A DNA stretch of 32,000 bases from contig NZ_JAGIOS010000001.1 in NCBI RefSeq assembly GCF_017876815.1, positions 2,040,001 to 2,072,000 on the forward strand, given 5' to 3'. The translations under genes were made by a program, and so were the position numbers. The notes under the pieces were generated by a model. The model was not told the DNA's origin. It searched no databases and was given only the letters and a program-made list of their open reading frames with translations. The stretch is from Sinorhizobium meliloti (GTDB lineage: Bacteria; Pseudomonadota; Alphaproteobacteria; Rhizobiales; Rhizobiaceae). This document shows positions 16,469 through 24,178 of this stretch, piece by piece. The first letter of the stretch is position 1, and every line of letters starts with the position of its first letter.

Positions 16469-17212
16469 ATGAAGGATTCGAACGAACCGGCCTCGCGGCG
16501 CGAGGCCGAAGCAAACATGCCTTTCGAGATCGACCCCGCATCGGTGCGCACGGAGTACGAGCTCCTGCATCTGATGCGGCGGCTGATCTCCCGCTACGGC
16601 TTCGCGCATTTCATGATCGCGCGTCTGCCTCTCGCCGACGAGCAGCGCTTTTCCGAACGTCTCGTGCTGAGCAATTGGCCCGCGGAGCTGGTGCAGCAGT
16701 ATGATGCCGGCGAGACGTTCCAGACGAGCGAGCTGGTAGAGCGCCTGCGCCAGACGAAGCTGCCCGTCACCGGCGGCCCTGAACTCATGGAGCCCGCGGG
16801 CAAGGGCGCCGGCAAGGCCGCGTTTATCCGCCTCCCGCCCCATGCCGGTATGGGTCACTTCGCGGTGCTGCTGCACACGACCTATGGTGAGCCTTTTGTG
16901 GCAGTGCTCTCCGGCACGCGGGACGAACCGGCCGGCGCGGAGCGAGCGACGCTCTATCTGGCGCTATTGCAGCTTTTCGAATGCCTCGAGCGTACCTTCG
17001 ATGCCGGCAGCGGCGCCCGCGAGAAGCTCTCGAGCCGGGAGGTCGAATGTCTGCGCTGGGCGGCGGCCGGAAAGAGCAGCGACGAGATCGCCATCATTCT
17101 CGGCATATCCGCCTATACGGTGAGCAGCTATTTCAAGAGCGCGACCCGCAAGCTCGACGCCGTCAACCGCATGCAGGCGATCGCCCGGGCGATGCGGATG
17201 AAGCTGATCTGA
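16469..17212 (+). CDS. LuxR-family transcriptional regulator (LuxR solo)
   Basis: The C-terminal HTH LSSREVECLRWAAAGKSSDEIAIILGISAYTVSSYFKSATRKLDAVNRMQAIARAM is classic LuxR/FixJ. The N-terminal domain is autoinducer-binding-like. The start is uncertain (ATG 16469 or 16517). The upstream part of track ORF 16247 looks non-coding. Confidence 0.7.
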   Translation: MKDSNEPASRREAEANMPFEIDPASVRTEYELLHLMRRLISRYGFAHFMIARLPLADEQRFSERLVLSNWPAELVQQYDAGETFQTSELVERLRQTKLPVTGGPELMEPAGKGAGKAAFIRLPPHAGMGHFAVLLHTTYGEPFVAVLSGTRDEPAGAERATLYLALLQLFECLERTFDAGSGAREKLSSREVECLRWAAAGKSSDEIAIILGISAYTVSSYFKSATRKLDAVNRMQAIARAMRMKLI

Positions 17213-17475
17213 CGGGTCGAGTGCTCGGCCGGCGTTCTGCCGTCCACTCTTGCCGTGACGGGCGCAAGTTTCTATATGTCGCGGCACGGAAAAGTCTGAT
17301 GCATGCCGCCCGACACCGAGCAGCGGTTTGGGGATGACGGCATGCACGAAGAAAATACCAGAAGGGCGTAGACCCTACAGAATATGCCGCGCCGCCCTCA
17401 TGTGCCGCCGTGCGGCCTCAAGCGTGAAACAGGGTGCCGGTACAGGAGCCGCGCCCGGATGCCGGATTGGATCCC

Positions 17476-18672
17476 GTGAACAGTCTCGATTTTGACCGCA
17501 AGCCCGAAGATACGCGCGTCGTCGTCGCCATGTCCGGCGGCGTCGACTCTTCCGTCGTGGCGGGGCTTCTCAAACGCGAGGGCTACGACGTTCTCGGCAT
17601 CACGCTGCAGCTTTACGATCATGGCGCGGCGGTGCACAGGGCCGGCTCCTGCTGCGCCGGTCAGGATATCGACGACGCCCGCCGCGTCTGCGAGACGATC
17701 GGCATTCCGCATTATGTCCTCGATTACGAGGCGCGTTTCCGCGAGACGGTGATCAACCCCTTCGCCGAAAGCTATATCGCCGGCGAGACGCCGATCCCGT
17801 GCGTGGCCTGCAACCAGACGGTCAAGTTCGCCGACCTGCTTGCGACCGCCAAGGAGCTCGGCGCCGATGCGCTCGCCACCGGCCATTACATCCGTTCGCG
17901 GCCGAGCCCGAAGCCGCGTTATGCCGGCCAGCGCGCGCTCTACCGGCCGGCCGACGCCGAGCGCGACCAGAGCTATTTCCTCTTTGCGACAACGCAGGAG
18001 CAGATCGACTATCTGCGCTTCCCGCTCGGCGGTCTTCCGAAGAGCGAGACCCGGGCGCTCGCCGAGGAGATGGGCCTTGTCGTCGCCAAGAAGGCCGACA
18101 GCCAGGACATCTGTTTCGTGCCCCAGGGCAAATACAGCGACATCGTCTCGAAGCTGAAGCCGAACGCGGCGCTTGCCGGCGAAATCGTCCATCTCGACGG
18201 TCGCGTACTGGGCGCGCACGAGGGCATCCTGCATTACACGATCGGTCAGCGCCGCGGCATCGGTGTCGCGACCGGCGAGCCGCTCTATGTCGTCTACCTC
18301 GACGCCCGCTCGCGCCGCGTGATCGTCGGCCCGAAGGAGGCGCTGGAGACGCGCCGCGTCTACCTGCGCGACGTCAACTGGCTGGGTGACGAGGAACTGG
18401 AAGCGGCAGCCGGGCAGGGCTTCGAATGCTTTGCCAAGGTGCGCTCCACCCGCCGCCCCGCGCCGGCGGTCCTCAAGAGCGATGCCGAAGGGCTATATGT
18501 CGAGCTCGTCGAAGGCGAGGCGGGTGTCGCGCCCGGCCAAGCCTGCGCGCTCTATTCCGGCACCGGCGAGGATGCGCGCGTCTATGGCGGCGGCTTCATC
18601 CGCAGGTCCGAGCGCGAGCCGGCCGCGGAAGCGGCGCTGAAGGCGCTCTTGCAGGCGCCGGCGGCAGCGTAA
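17476..18672 (+). CDS. mnmA: tRNA 2-thiouridine(34) synthase MnmA
   Basis: [35 protein letters not shown] is the PP-loop, and [24 protein letters not shown] plus the catalytic Cys regions are present. I preferred the start at GTG 17476 (NSLDF...) by family length. GTG 17434 from the track is also possible. Confidence 0.9.
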   Translation: MNSLDFDRKPEDTRVVVAMSGGVDSSVVAGLLKREGYDVLGITLQLYDHGAAVHRAGSCCAGQDIDDARRVCETIGIPHYVLDYEARFRETVINPFAESYIAGETPIPCVACNQTVKFADLLATAKELGADALATGHYIRSRPSPKPRYAGQRALYRPADAERDQSYFLFATTQEQIDYLRFPLGGLPKSETRALAEEMGLVVAKKADSQDICFVPQGKYSDIVSKLKPNAALAGEIVHLDGRVLGAHEGILHYTIGQRRGIGVATGEPLYVVYLDARSRRVIVGPKEALETRRVYLRDVNWLGDEELEAAAGQGFECFAKVRSTRRPAPAVLKSDAEGLYVELVEGEAGVAPGQACALYSGTGEDARVYGGGFIRRSEREPAAEAALKALLQAPAAA

Positions 18673-18724
18673 AGCGGGCGATTCCGGCGTGGCGGGAAAA
18701 CATCGCTTTTTCCCGAAGACATTG

Positions 18725-18753
18725 CTTGACACTAGCCGGAACAGCGCCTTATA
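18725..18753 (+). promoter_or_regulatory. Sigma70-type promoter for tRNA-Met
   Basis: CTTGAC (18725-30), 17 nt, CTTATA (18748-53) is close to the rhizobial consensus CTTGAC-N17-CTATAT. It lies about 55 nt upstream of the tRNA. Confidence 0.45.
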
Positions 18754-18806
18754 AGCCGCCCGACCAGCCAAGACGGGCTTCGTTCAGAAGCTTTCACGGC
18801 ACCGGC

Positions 18807-18883
18807 GGCGGAGTAGCTCAGTAGGTTAGAGCAGAGGAATCATAATCCTTGTGTCGGGGGTTCGAATCCCTCCTCCGCTACCA
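18807..18883 (+). tRNA. tRNA-Met (anticodon CAT); tRNA-Ile2 (lysidine) cannot be excluded
   Basis: Hand-folded cloverleaf: acceptor GGCGGAG/CTCCGCT (G1-U72 wobble), D arm GCTC-AGTAGGTTA-GAGC, anticodon loop ATCATAA, T arm GGGGG-TTCGAAT-CCCTC, discriminator A, encoded CCA. Confidence 0.9.
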
Positions 18884-19429
18884 ATCCTTCCCGGTCCATT
18901 CTGGACACATTGGTTACGGTTTATTCCTGAGACATTGGCCGGTGCGATCCTGCATATTGTCGCTGGGCGCGAGCAAGGTTCACCAAAACGGCTTGCCGGA
19001 TCTGCGAGGGAGTGCCGCCCTCCCGTCCACTCGATGAGCTTTCTTATTTTTCGAGCGCGCTCTATCACTCATAGGGCCTCGCTCTCGCTCTTGCGTGAAA
19101 GCTCTGAAGCCGCCACTCCTTTCCTTATTCGCCGTTTTGACCACGAGCCGCCACCAGAGGCCAGTGGAAGCGCCGAGTCTTGTGCACTGAATTCTAACGT
19201 CGTTAAATGAGTTACTGTCAAAGGTCATACTCGAAAGATCATTAGAGTAGATTTCTGCTGGTTACTTGATCAAGACGGTTTTGGCCGTCGGTCGCTCCTG
19301 CGCCGGATCCATTCTCCAAACTTTATGACGAGAACTGTCATCGGCGTTGTCTACCCTTATTTCTCGATCTGGAACTTAATTCTGCTGTAGTGGTTTTCCC
19401 TGGAGGAAAGAACCTAAAGGAGAACTCCA

Positions 19430-19690
19430 ATGGCTGACAGAGGACCAACAGTAGTCAACACAGGGGGCAGCGGCGGTGGGTGGGCCGTTGCGGTAATCGT
19501 GATTCTGCTAGTTGTCGGAGCCTTGTTCCTGTTTGGCGGCGATCTCTTCGACGGCAGCGGCGGTGGTGGAAATACCGACGTCGACGTGAACGTGCCGAAC
19601 GTTGAAGCGCCGCAGGCACCTTCAGGCGGACAGGAAACGCAGGCGCCTTCAGGCGGCGAGGGAACGTCGCCGGGCGGCGCTCAACAGTAG
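19430..19690 (+). CDS. Small Gly-rich membrane protein (86 aa)
   Basis: GGAG lies 7 nt before the ATG. There is one TM (WAVAVIVILLVVGALFLF), then a Gly-rich tail with the repeated QAPSGG(Q/E). Confidence 0.6.
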   Translation: MADRGPTVVNTGGSGGGWAVAVIVILLVVGALFLFGGDLFDGSGGGGNTDVDVNVPNVEAPQAPSGGQETQAPSGGEGTSPGGAQQ

Positions 19691-19904
19691 TCATCAACGT
19701 CGAGCCGTCCCTCGACGGCTTCCGGAACTGGCGAGCGCGCCTGGTGAGGCGTGGTTCATTTCTCCCGAAGCGCTCGCCCTGATGTCCTGCCGCTTGGTCC
19801 GTCCTCCCCGGCTCAAAGACGCGGAAGGGCGGAACTAATCCGCTCCCCTGCCGTTCAGATATGAGTTTAAGCAAACTCTCAAATGAGAGCATGGAGGAGA
19901 AGTC

Positions 19905-20240
19905 ATGAACATCGGCAGGCTTTTCGCGGCCGGGTTGATTTTGGGCGGCGCGGCGGCTGCTGTACCTTCTGCTTCGTCAGCCCAGTCATTCGACCTGTAT
20001 ATCGGTCCGGACGGTCCGCAGCTGCGTGATCGCAGATATGACGATGACGATTACGATTATCGTCCGTCTCGCGGCTGCAGCGAGCGTCAGGCCATCCGTC
20101 GCGCCTATCGGCTTGGAATCCGCGACCCGGATATCCGGTCGGTCACGCGGCGCGAGGTCGCGGTCGACGGTGTCGGCCGGCGCGGCCGGCTTACGACCGT
20201 CTATTTTGCAAATCGGCCGGGATGTCCTCGCATAGGTTGA
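19905..20240 (+). CDS. Small secreted protein (111 aa)
   Basis: GGAGGA lies 6 nt before the ATG. The signal peptide is MNIGRLFAAGLILGGAAAAVPSASSAQS. An acidic DDDDYDY stretch and two Cys are present. Confidence 0.6.
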   Translation: MNIGRLFAAGLILGGAAAAVPSASSAQSFDLYIGPDGPQLRDRRYDDDDYDYRPSRGCSERQAIRRAYRLGIRDPDIRSVTRREVAVDGVGRRGRLTTVYFANRPGCPRIG

Positions 20241-20251
20241 GCCTCGTCTGC

Positions 20252-20354
20252 TACAGCGCCGAGCGTCTTATCAGACGCGCAAAGGTCGCTGTGGCACTTT
20301 GATCTGCTGCATGTTTTTGTCCTTTAATCGGATACGATTAAAGGACACATGCAG
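20252..20354. repeat. Intergenic structured repeat, copy B, with long interrupted hairpin
   Basis: The 5' part is homologous to 15226-15313. The 3' part folds as CTGCATGT-(TTTT bulge)-GTCCTTTAATCG, loop GATA, CGATTAAAGGAC-ACATGCAG (20 bp paired, 20307-20354). Confidence 0.6.
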
Positions 20355-20503
20355 TAGTATAGCCGAACGTTCGCCATCATAGGGCGCCGCGCGTTTCCGG
20401 ACGCACGGCGCCATTTGGCATGCTGCTACAAACGGCAGCGCTCGGGCAAGACTATCTGTATGGACGAGGCGGGCGACGGAACTTCCCGGGGCCGGCCTTG
20501 TTA

Positions 20504-20673
20504 GAGCAATTCCAGGAAAAGTGCGCAGCGGTTTTCCGTCCGGAGTTGCGGCAGAAGGGTGAGCAATTCCAGGAAAAGTGCGCAGCGGTTTTCCGTCCGG
20601 AGTTGCGGCAGAAGGGTGAGCAATTCCAGGAAAGTGCGCAGCGGTTTTCCGTCCGGAATTGCGGCAACGAAAG
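20504..20673. repeat. Tandem array: two perfect 57-bp copies plus one diverged copy of a Rhizobiaceae intergenic repeat
   Basis: GAGCAATTCCAGGAAAAGTGCGCAGCGGTTTTCCGTCCGGAGTTGCGGCAGAAGGGT occurs at 20504-20560 and identically at 20561-20617. The third copy (20618-20673) has a 1-nt deletion and a diverged 3' end. Confidence 0.85.
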
Positions 20674-20766
20674 GTTAGAGTATTGCCGGAGCGGAAATGC
20701 TCTGGATCACGATGTTTTAGGTCTGGTTGACCTAAAAACATGACCGTGATCGATTGCACGAAGTTG

Positions 20767-20814
20767 GAGCGGGATGCGGGCGGAAAACCGCACACACTTT
20801 TCCTCATCCCGCTC
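20767..20814. repeat. Intergenic hairpin repeat, copy 2 (GAGCGGGATGCGGGCGGA ... ATCCCGCTC)
   Basis: It has the same 18-nt core and the same 9-bp closing stem as 14737-14786. Confidence 0.55.
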
Positions 20815-20835
20815 CGGGTCGGTCAGGAGGATCGC

Positions 20836-21069
20836 ATGCCGGCGCCGAAAGAGATGGATTCCGCATTGACCAGTCTTCCCCTGAGAATCGGGGCCTATGT
20901 CCCCGACGATCTCCTGGAGGACTGGTTCGCCCCGGGAACGGGAATGAACCCGCCCTCGGAAAAGGCTTTGACCGAGGCAGCCGCATACGGCCGGCGGTTC
21001 GAGTGCGAATTCAAATATTATCCCGAGCGAAAGGAAGGGGTCTTCTGGAAATGGGTACCAGCCATCTGA
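20836..21069 (+). CDS. Hypothetical small protein (77 aa)
   Basis: Strong RBS AGGAGGATCGC-ATG at 20836. The upstream part of track ORF 20740 runs through repeat sequence. No family was recognised. Confidence 0.5.
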   Translation: MPAPKEMDSALTSLPLRIGAYVPDDLLEDWFAPGTGMNPPSEKALTEAAAYGRRFECEFKYYPERKEGVFWKWVPAI

Positions 21070-21251
21070 ACGAAGGCAATCTGGAGGCGAAGGCCATCAA
21101 TGCCGTTATCGAAGAACTTCAGCGGCAGGCGGCAGAAAACCCTTCGAAGCTTCAGGTCCGCCAGGCGGGAGACAAGCTCGCGGTCCACGGAGAGATCGAC
21201 GTCGATGCTGTGGTGATGGTGGTCGTAGGGTCGATGGCAGGCGGCCCTTGA
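21051..21251 (+). CDS. Hypothetical small protein (66 aa), overlapping the previous ORF by 19 nt
   Basis: ATG at 21051 lies in the frame of track ORF 20754-21251. AAGGAAGGGG sits 10-14 nt upstream. The sequence runs MGTSHLNEGNLEAKAINAVIEELQRQAAENP... Confidence 0.35.
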   Translation: MGTSHLNEGNLEAKAINAVIEELQRQAAENPSKLQVRQAGDKLAVHGEIDVDAVVMVVVGSMAGGP

Positions 21252-21344
21252 GCCGCCTCCGCCTTCCTTCGGCCCTATGCCCTTGAGCCGGTCCGTTTCG
21301 GGTCTGCGCGAGCGCGTGCCATGCGCGCCCGCGAAGGGAGGGCC

Positions 21345-21545
21345 TCAGGAAGGATTGTCCTTGTCGCCCGTGGCGCTCGGCGGATTTTCGTCGATGGTAT
21401 TGATGCCGTCGGCATTGACCTTGGTGTCCTCGATCCTGGTGGAATTGGTCGAGGAGAAGCGGTCGACATAGACGTAGAAAATCGCACTGGCGATTATGAT
21501 GACGGCGGCGCCGATCAGCGCCAGTCGTTCCCAGGTTCTGCTCAT
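21345..21545 (-). CDS. Small single-TM membrane protein (66 aa)
   Basis: On the minus strand GGAGGTGATGTC precedes the ATG. The TM is LALIGAAVIIIASAIFYVYV, followed by a polar tail. Confidence 0.55.
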   Translation of the reverse strand: MSRTWERLALIGAAVIIIASAIFYVYVDRFSSTNSTRIEDTKVNADGINTIDENPPSATGDKDNPS

Positions 21546-21689
21546 GACATCACCTCCGGTCGCTCATGGTCGGAAACCGCAGCCGGCCGCAAAGGTTCCG
21601 GCCCGCGGGAGCCGCCGCCGGACTTGACGCGACGGCGGAACCATTTGTGCCCGTTCGACGTTAGAACCAACGCAGTTGGGAGGCGCAGG

Positions 21690-21878
21690 ATGAGACACGC
21701 GGAAATCGGAAAGCTCGACAAATCCCAGGCCAGGCATGTCTGGGACGTGGCGGAGTATTGCAGGCGGACCGGCATCAACAAGGCCGAGGAACGCCGCCTG
21801 ATCAGGGTTCTCGGGCGATTTGCATCCAGCCACGAGCTTCAGATGAACATCGTGCGTCCTCAGACGCGCATCCGCTGA
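21690..21878 (+). CDS. Hypothetical small protein (62 aa)
   Basis: GGGAGG lies 6 nt before ATG 21690. The sequence is MRHAEIGKLDKSQARHVWDVAEYCRRTGINKAEERRLIRVLGRFASSHELQ. The upstream part of track ORF 21321 is antisense to the previous gene. Confidence 0.5.
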   Translation: MRHAEIGKLDKSQARHVWDVAEYCRRTGINKAEERRLIRVLGRFASSHELQMNIVRPQTRIR

Positions 21879-21952
21879 CATCTCCGCGTCTCCATCGCCA
21901 TTGAATCATTCACTGTTTCGTCGAACAGTGAATGCAGCCGCAGGAGGCGCGC

Positions 21953-22186
21953 GTGTGGGCAACCCTGGCCGGTGCACTTCTTTTCATCAGCGGGCTTCTC
22001 TACATGGCATGGGAGGCGCTCGGACGGCGACGGCTGAGCGAGCCGCCGCAGCCCGCGGAACGCAATCCCAAGCAGACGCTTGAGCCGCGCGGGCAAGGCC
22101 TGCGCTTTCTGAGCCCGTTGCGCAACTGGCTGGGCGTCGCGCTCATGCTGGTCGGCGGAATTCTCCTGCTCTTCGGCATGCGCTGA
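21953..22186 (+). CDS. Small two-TM membrane protein
   Basis: AGGAGG lies 6 nt before the in-frame GTG 21953; ATG 21932 is also possible but lies inside a hairpin. TM helices are WATLAGALLFISGLLYMAW and WLGVALMLVGGILLLF. Confidence 0.5.
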   Translation: MWATLAGALLFISGLLYMAWEALGRRRLSEPPQPAERNPKQTLEPRGQGLRFLSPLRNWLGVALMLVGGILLLFGMR

Positions 22187-22240
22187 AGCGGCGTGCCTTC
22201 ATATTTCCGGCCGAACAAAAGACGGCTGACGGCGCGGCGC

Positions 22241-22819
22241 TCAGGCCGGGCCGATCTCTATCAGGAAAGCTTCCGAAGCGATGTCGGCCGAGAGCGTGAG
22301 CGTGCCCGGCTGGACGAGGACCGCCGCGTCGAGCCCGTGCAGGGTTGCGGAGACGCCTTCGGTCACGAGCGCAACGCTGCCGCGATGACAGAAGAGAACG
22401 AGATCGCGGGCGCTCGTCGTCACCGGTTGCGAGCCCTCGACATGAATCCTGCGCACGCGGTGTTTCAAAGCCTGGCGGCGCGTCATCACATTGAGATCGG
22501 TGACCGGGCCATCCACGAGCGTCGCGGACGTCGGCACGTCGGCGGGGAAGGTGAGGGGGGTATCCGAGGTGGTCAGCAGTTTCGGTTGCCGGCCCTCGAT
22601 CGCAAGCGTCATCCCGCTGCCCTCCAGGATCGATAGGGTGCGGTCGATGCCGGGAAAGATCGAGAAGGCGCCATTGGTGGCGACGGTCGCCATGCTTATG
22701 CGCCAGTCGAAATCGGCAATGGTGGCACGGTCCGGAGAGACGGCGATTTCCACCGTCTCTCCGCCGCCGTTCTTCCACGGCATATGCCTGTACTCGCTCG
22801 AGCGCAGAATTCGCATCAT
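22241..22819 (-). CDS. hutD: HutD-family protein
   Basis: MMRILRSSEYRHMPWKNGGGETVEIAV is the HutD/Ves signature. The start at 22819 lies just after the upstream stop and gives 192 aa. An alternative start at 22834 overlaps the upstream gene. Confidence 0.8.
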   Translation of the reverse strand: MMRILRSSEYRHMPWKNGGGETVEIAVSPDRATIADFDWRISMATVATNGAFSIFPGIDRTLSILEGSGMTLAIEGRQPKLLTTSDTPLTFPADVPTSATLVDGPVTDLNVMTRRQALKHRVRRIHVEGSQPVTTSARDLVLFCHRGSVALVTEGVSATLHGLDAAVLVQPGTLTLSADIASEAFLIEIGPA

Positions 22820-22821
22820 CG

Positions 22822-24147
22822 TCAGCCGAGCCATCCCATCGACGTTCCGACCCAAATGATCGGCGCCGTCACCACTATGCTCAATACGACGCGAATATAC
22901 CAGATCACCAGAAGATCGCGAAAGCTGAGCGGGATCGAGGTCGCCAGCATGCAAGGGACCGAGGCGGACAGGAACAGGACCTGACTGACCGATACCACCG
23001 CGGCCAGGAACTTCACCTCGGGCACGGCTTCCTTGAGCAGGATGGCGGGCAGGAACATCTCGGCGAGCCCTGAGGCGAGCGCCTTTGCCGCCTGCATCGG
23101 TTCGCCGAACTGCGCGAGCCAGGTGAAGGGGTAGAGCGTCAGGCCGAGAATGTCGAAGATCGGCGTGAACTTGGCGGCGAGAAGCCCGATGAGCCCGACG
23201 GCCATGATGCTCGGCAGGATCATCGCCGCCATGCGCAGTCCGTCGAGGAAGCTTTCGCGCAGCAGCGTCGGCAGGCCCTTGGCGATTGCTGCCTGTTCCA
23301 GGCCCGTCTCGACAGCGACGCTCAGGCGGCTGCGGCCCGGGGGCAGCGGCTGGTCCCGATCGCCCTCGTGCGCAAGCCGGGAAAGCGGCCAGATCCGGGC
23401 GGTGATCGCAGAAACGATGAATGTGACGACAAGCGTCGTCCAGAAGTAGAAATTCCAGATATCCATGAGCCCCAGCGTCTTCGCCACGATGATCATGAAC
23501 GTAGCCGACACGGTGGAAAAGCCTGTCGCGATGATCGCCGCTTCGCGCACCGTGTACTTGCCTTCGCGGAACACGCGGTCGGTGATCAGGAGCGCAAGGG
23601 AGTAGCTGCCGACGAAGGAAGCGACGGCGTCGATGGCGGACCAGCCCGGCGTACGCCAGATCGGCCGCATCACGGGCTGGACGAGCACGCCGGTGAATTC
23701 GAGAAGGCCGTAGCCGATCAGGAAGGCGAGTGCCAAAGCGCCGATGGGTACGATCAGCCCGACCGACAGCACCAGCTTGTCGAAGAGGAAGGGCAGCATG
23801 TCGGGGGCGAAGAAGACCTCGGGCCCGATGCCGGCGAGATAAAGGCCGGCAAGGACCAGTCCGAGGACGCGCAGGACCGAAAACACGGCATCGGTCGTCG
23901 TCTTGCGCCAGGTGCCCTTCGCGATGGGGCCGAAGGCGCCGTAAGCCATCAGCAGCAATACGAAGCCGATCGCCACCGGCCGCGCATGGGTCGATATGGC
24001 GGTTGCCGCATGGTCGAGCAGGATCGTCGACTTGCCGTTGATTTCGACCGGCACGAAGAACAGGAATATGCCGATGAGGCTGAAAAGGATGAGCCGCAAT
24101 GCGGCGCCGCCGCGCGAGCCCCCTGCCTCGGTGGTGATGTGCGTCAT
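22822..24147 (-). CDS. YjiH-type (nucleoside-recognition/Gate domain) inner-membrane permease, 441 aa
   Basis: It is polytopic and hydrophobic throughout. The N-terminus LILFSLIGIFLFFVPVEINGKSTILLDHA resembles the YjiH family. The gene is co-operonic with hut genes. Confidence 0.7.
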   Translation of the reverse strand: MTHITTEAGGSRGGAALRLILFSLIGIFLFFVPVEINGKSTILLDHAATAISTHARPVAIGFVLLLMAYGAFGPIAKGTWRKTTTDAVFSVLRVLGLVLAGLYLAGIGPEVFFAPDMLPFLFDKLVLSVGLIVPIGALALAFLIGYGLLEFTGVLVQPVMRPIWRTPGWSAIDAVASFVGSYSLALLITDRVFREGKYTVREAAIIATGFSTVSATFMIIVAKTLGLMDIWNFYFWTTLVVTFIVSAITARIWPLSRLAHEGDRDQPLPPGRSRLSVAVETGLEQAAIAKGLPTLLRESFLDGLRMAAMILPSIMAVGLIGLLAAKFTPIFDILGLTLYPFTWLAQFGEPMQAAKALASGLAEMFLPAILLKEAVPEVKFLAAVVSVSQVLFLSASVPCMLATSIPLSFRDLLVIWYIRVVLSIVVTAPIIWVGTSMGWLG

Positions 24148-24178
24148 GTAGTCTCCTCCCTTCCTTGTTCAGAGCGGG

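Noticed and set aside
17398-18234. 278-aa minus-strand ORF opposite mnmA
   Set aside because: The MnmA frame is unambiguous (PP-loop SGGVDSS). The minus ORF is a shadow.
18807-18883. tRNA-Met as the integration site of the prophage at 1-11.5 kb
   Set aside because: About 7 kb of conserved core genes (chpT, ctrA, sciP, mnmA) separates the prophage end from the tRNA. I also found no copy of the tRNA 3' end near 11.4-11.9 kb or downstream of the tRNA.
18884-19429. Possible sRNA gene in the 550-bp non-coding stretch after the tRNA
   Set aside because: Only short 5-bp hairpins were found (for example GAGGG/CCCTC near 19007 and GACGG/CCGTC near 19275), none followed by a convincing T-run, and no promoter was recognised. 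This cannot be supported from sequence alone and is kept only as a check under the islet finding.
20504-20673. Possible CRISPR array or protein-coding repeat (ORFs 20271-20807 minus and 20420-20743 plus read through it)
   Set aside because: The repeats are directly adjacent with no spacers, the unit is 57 bp, and there are no cas genes. The ORFs exist only because 57 is a multiple of 3 and the repeat lacks stops. The sequence belongs to a non-coding intergenic repeat family seen elsewhere in the window.
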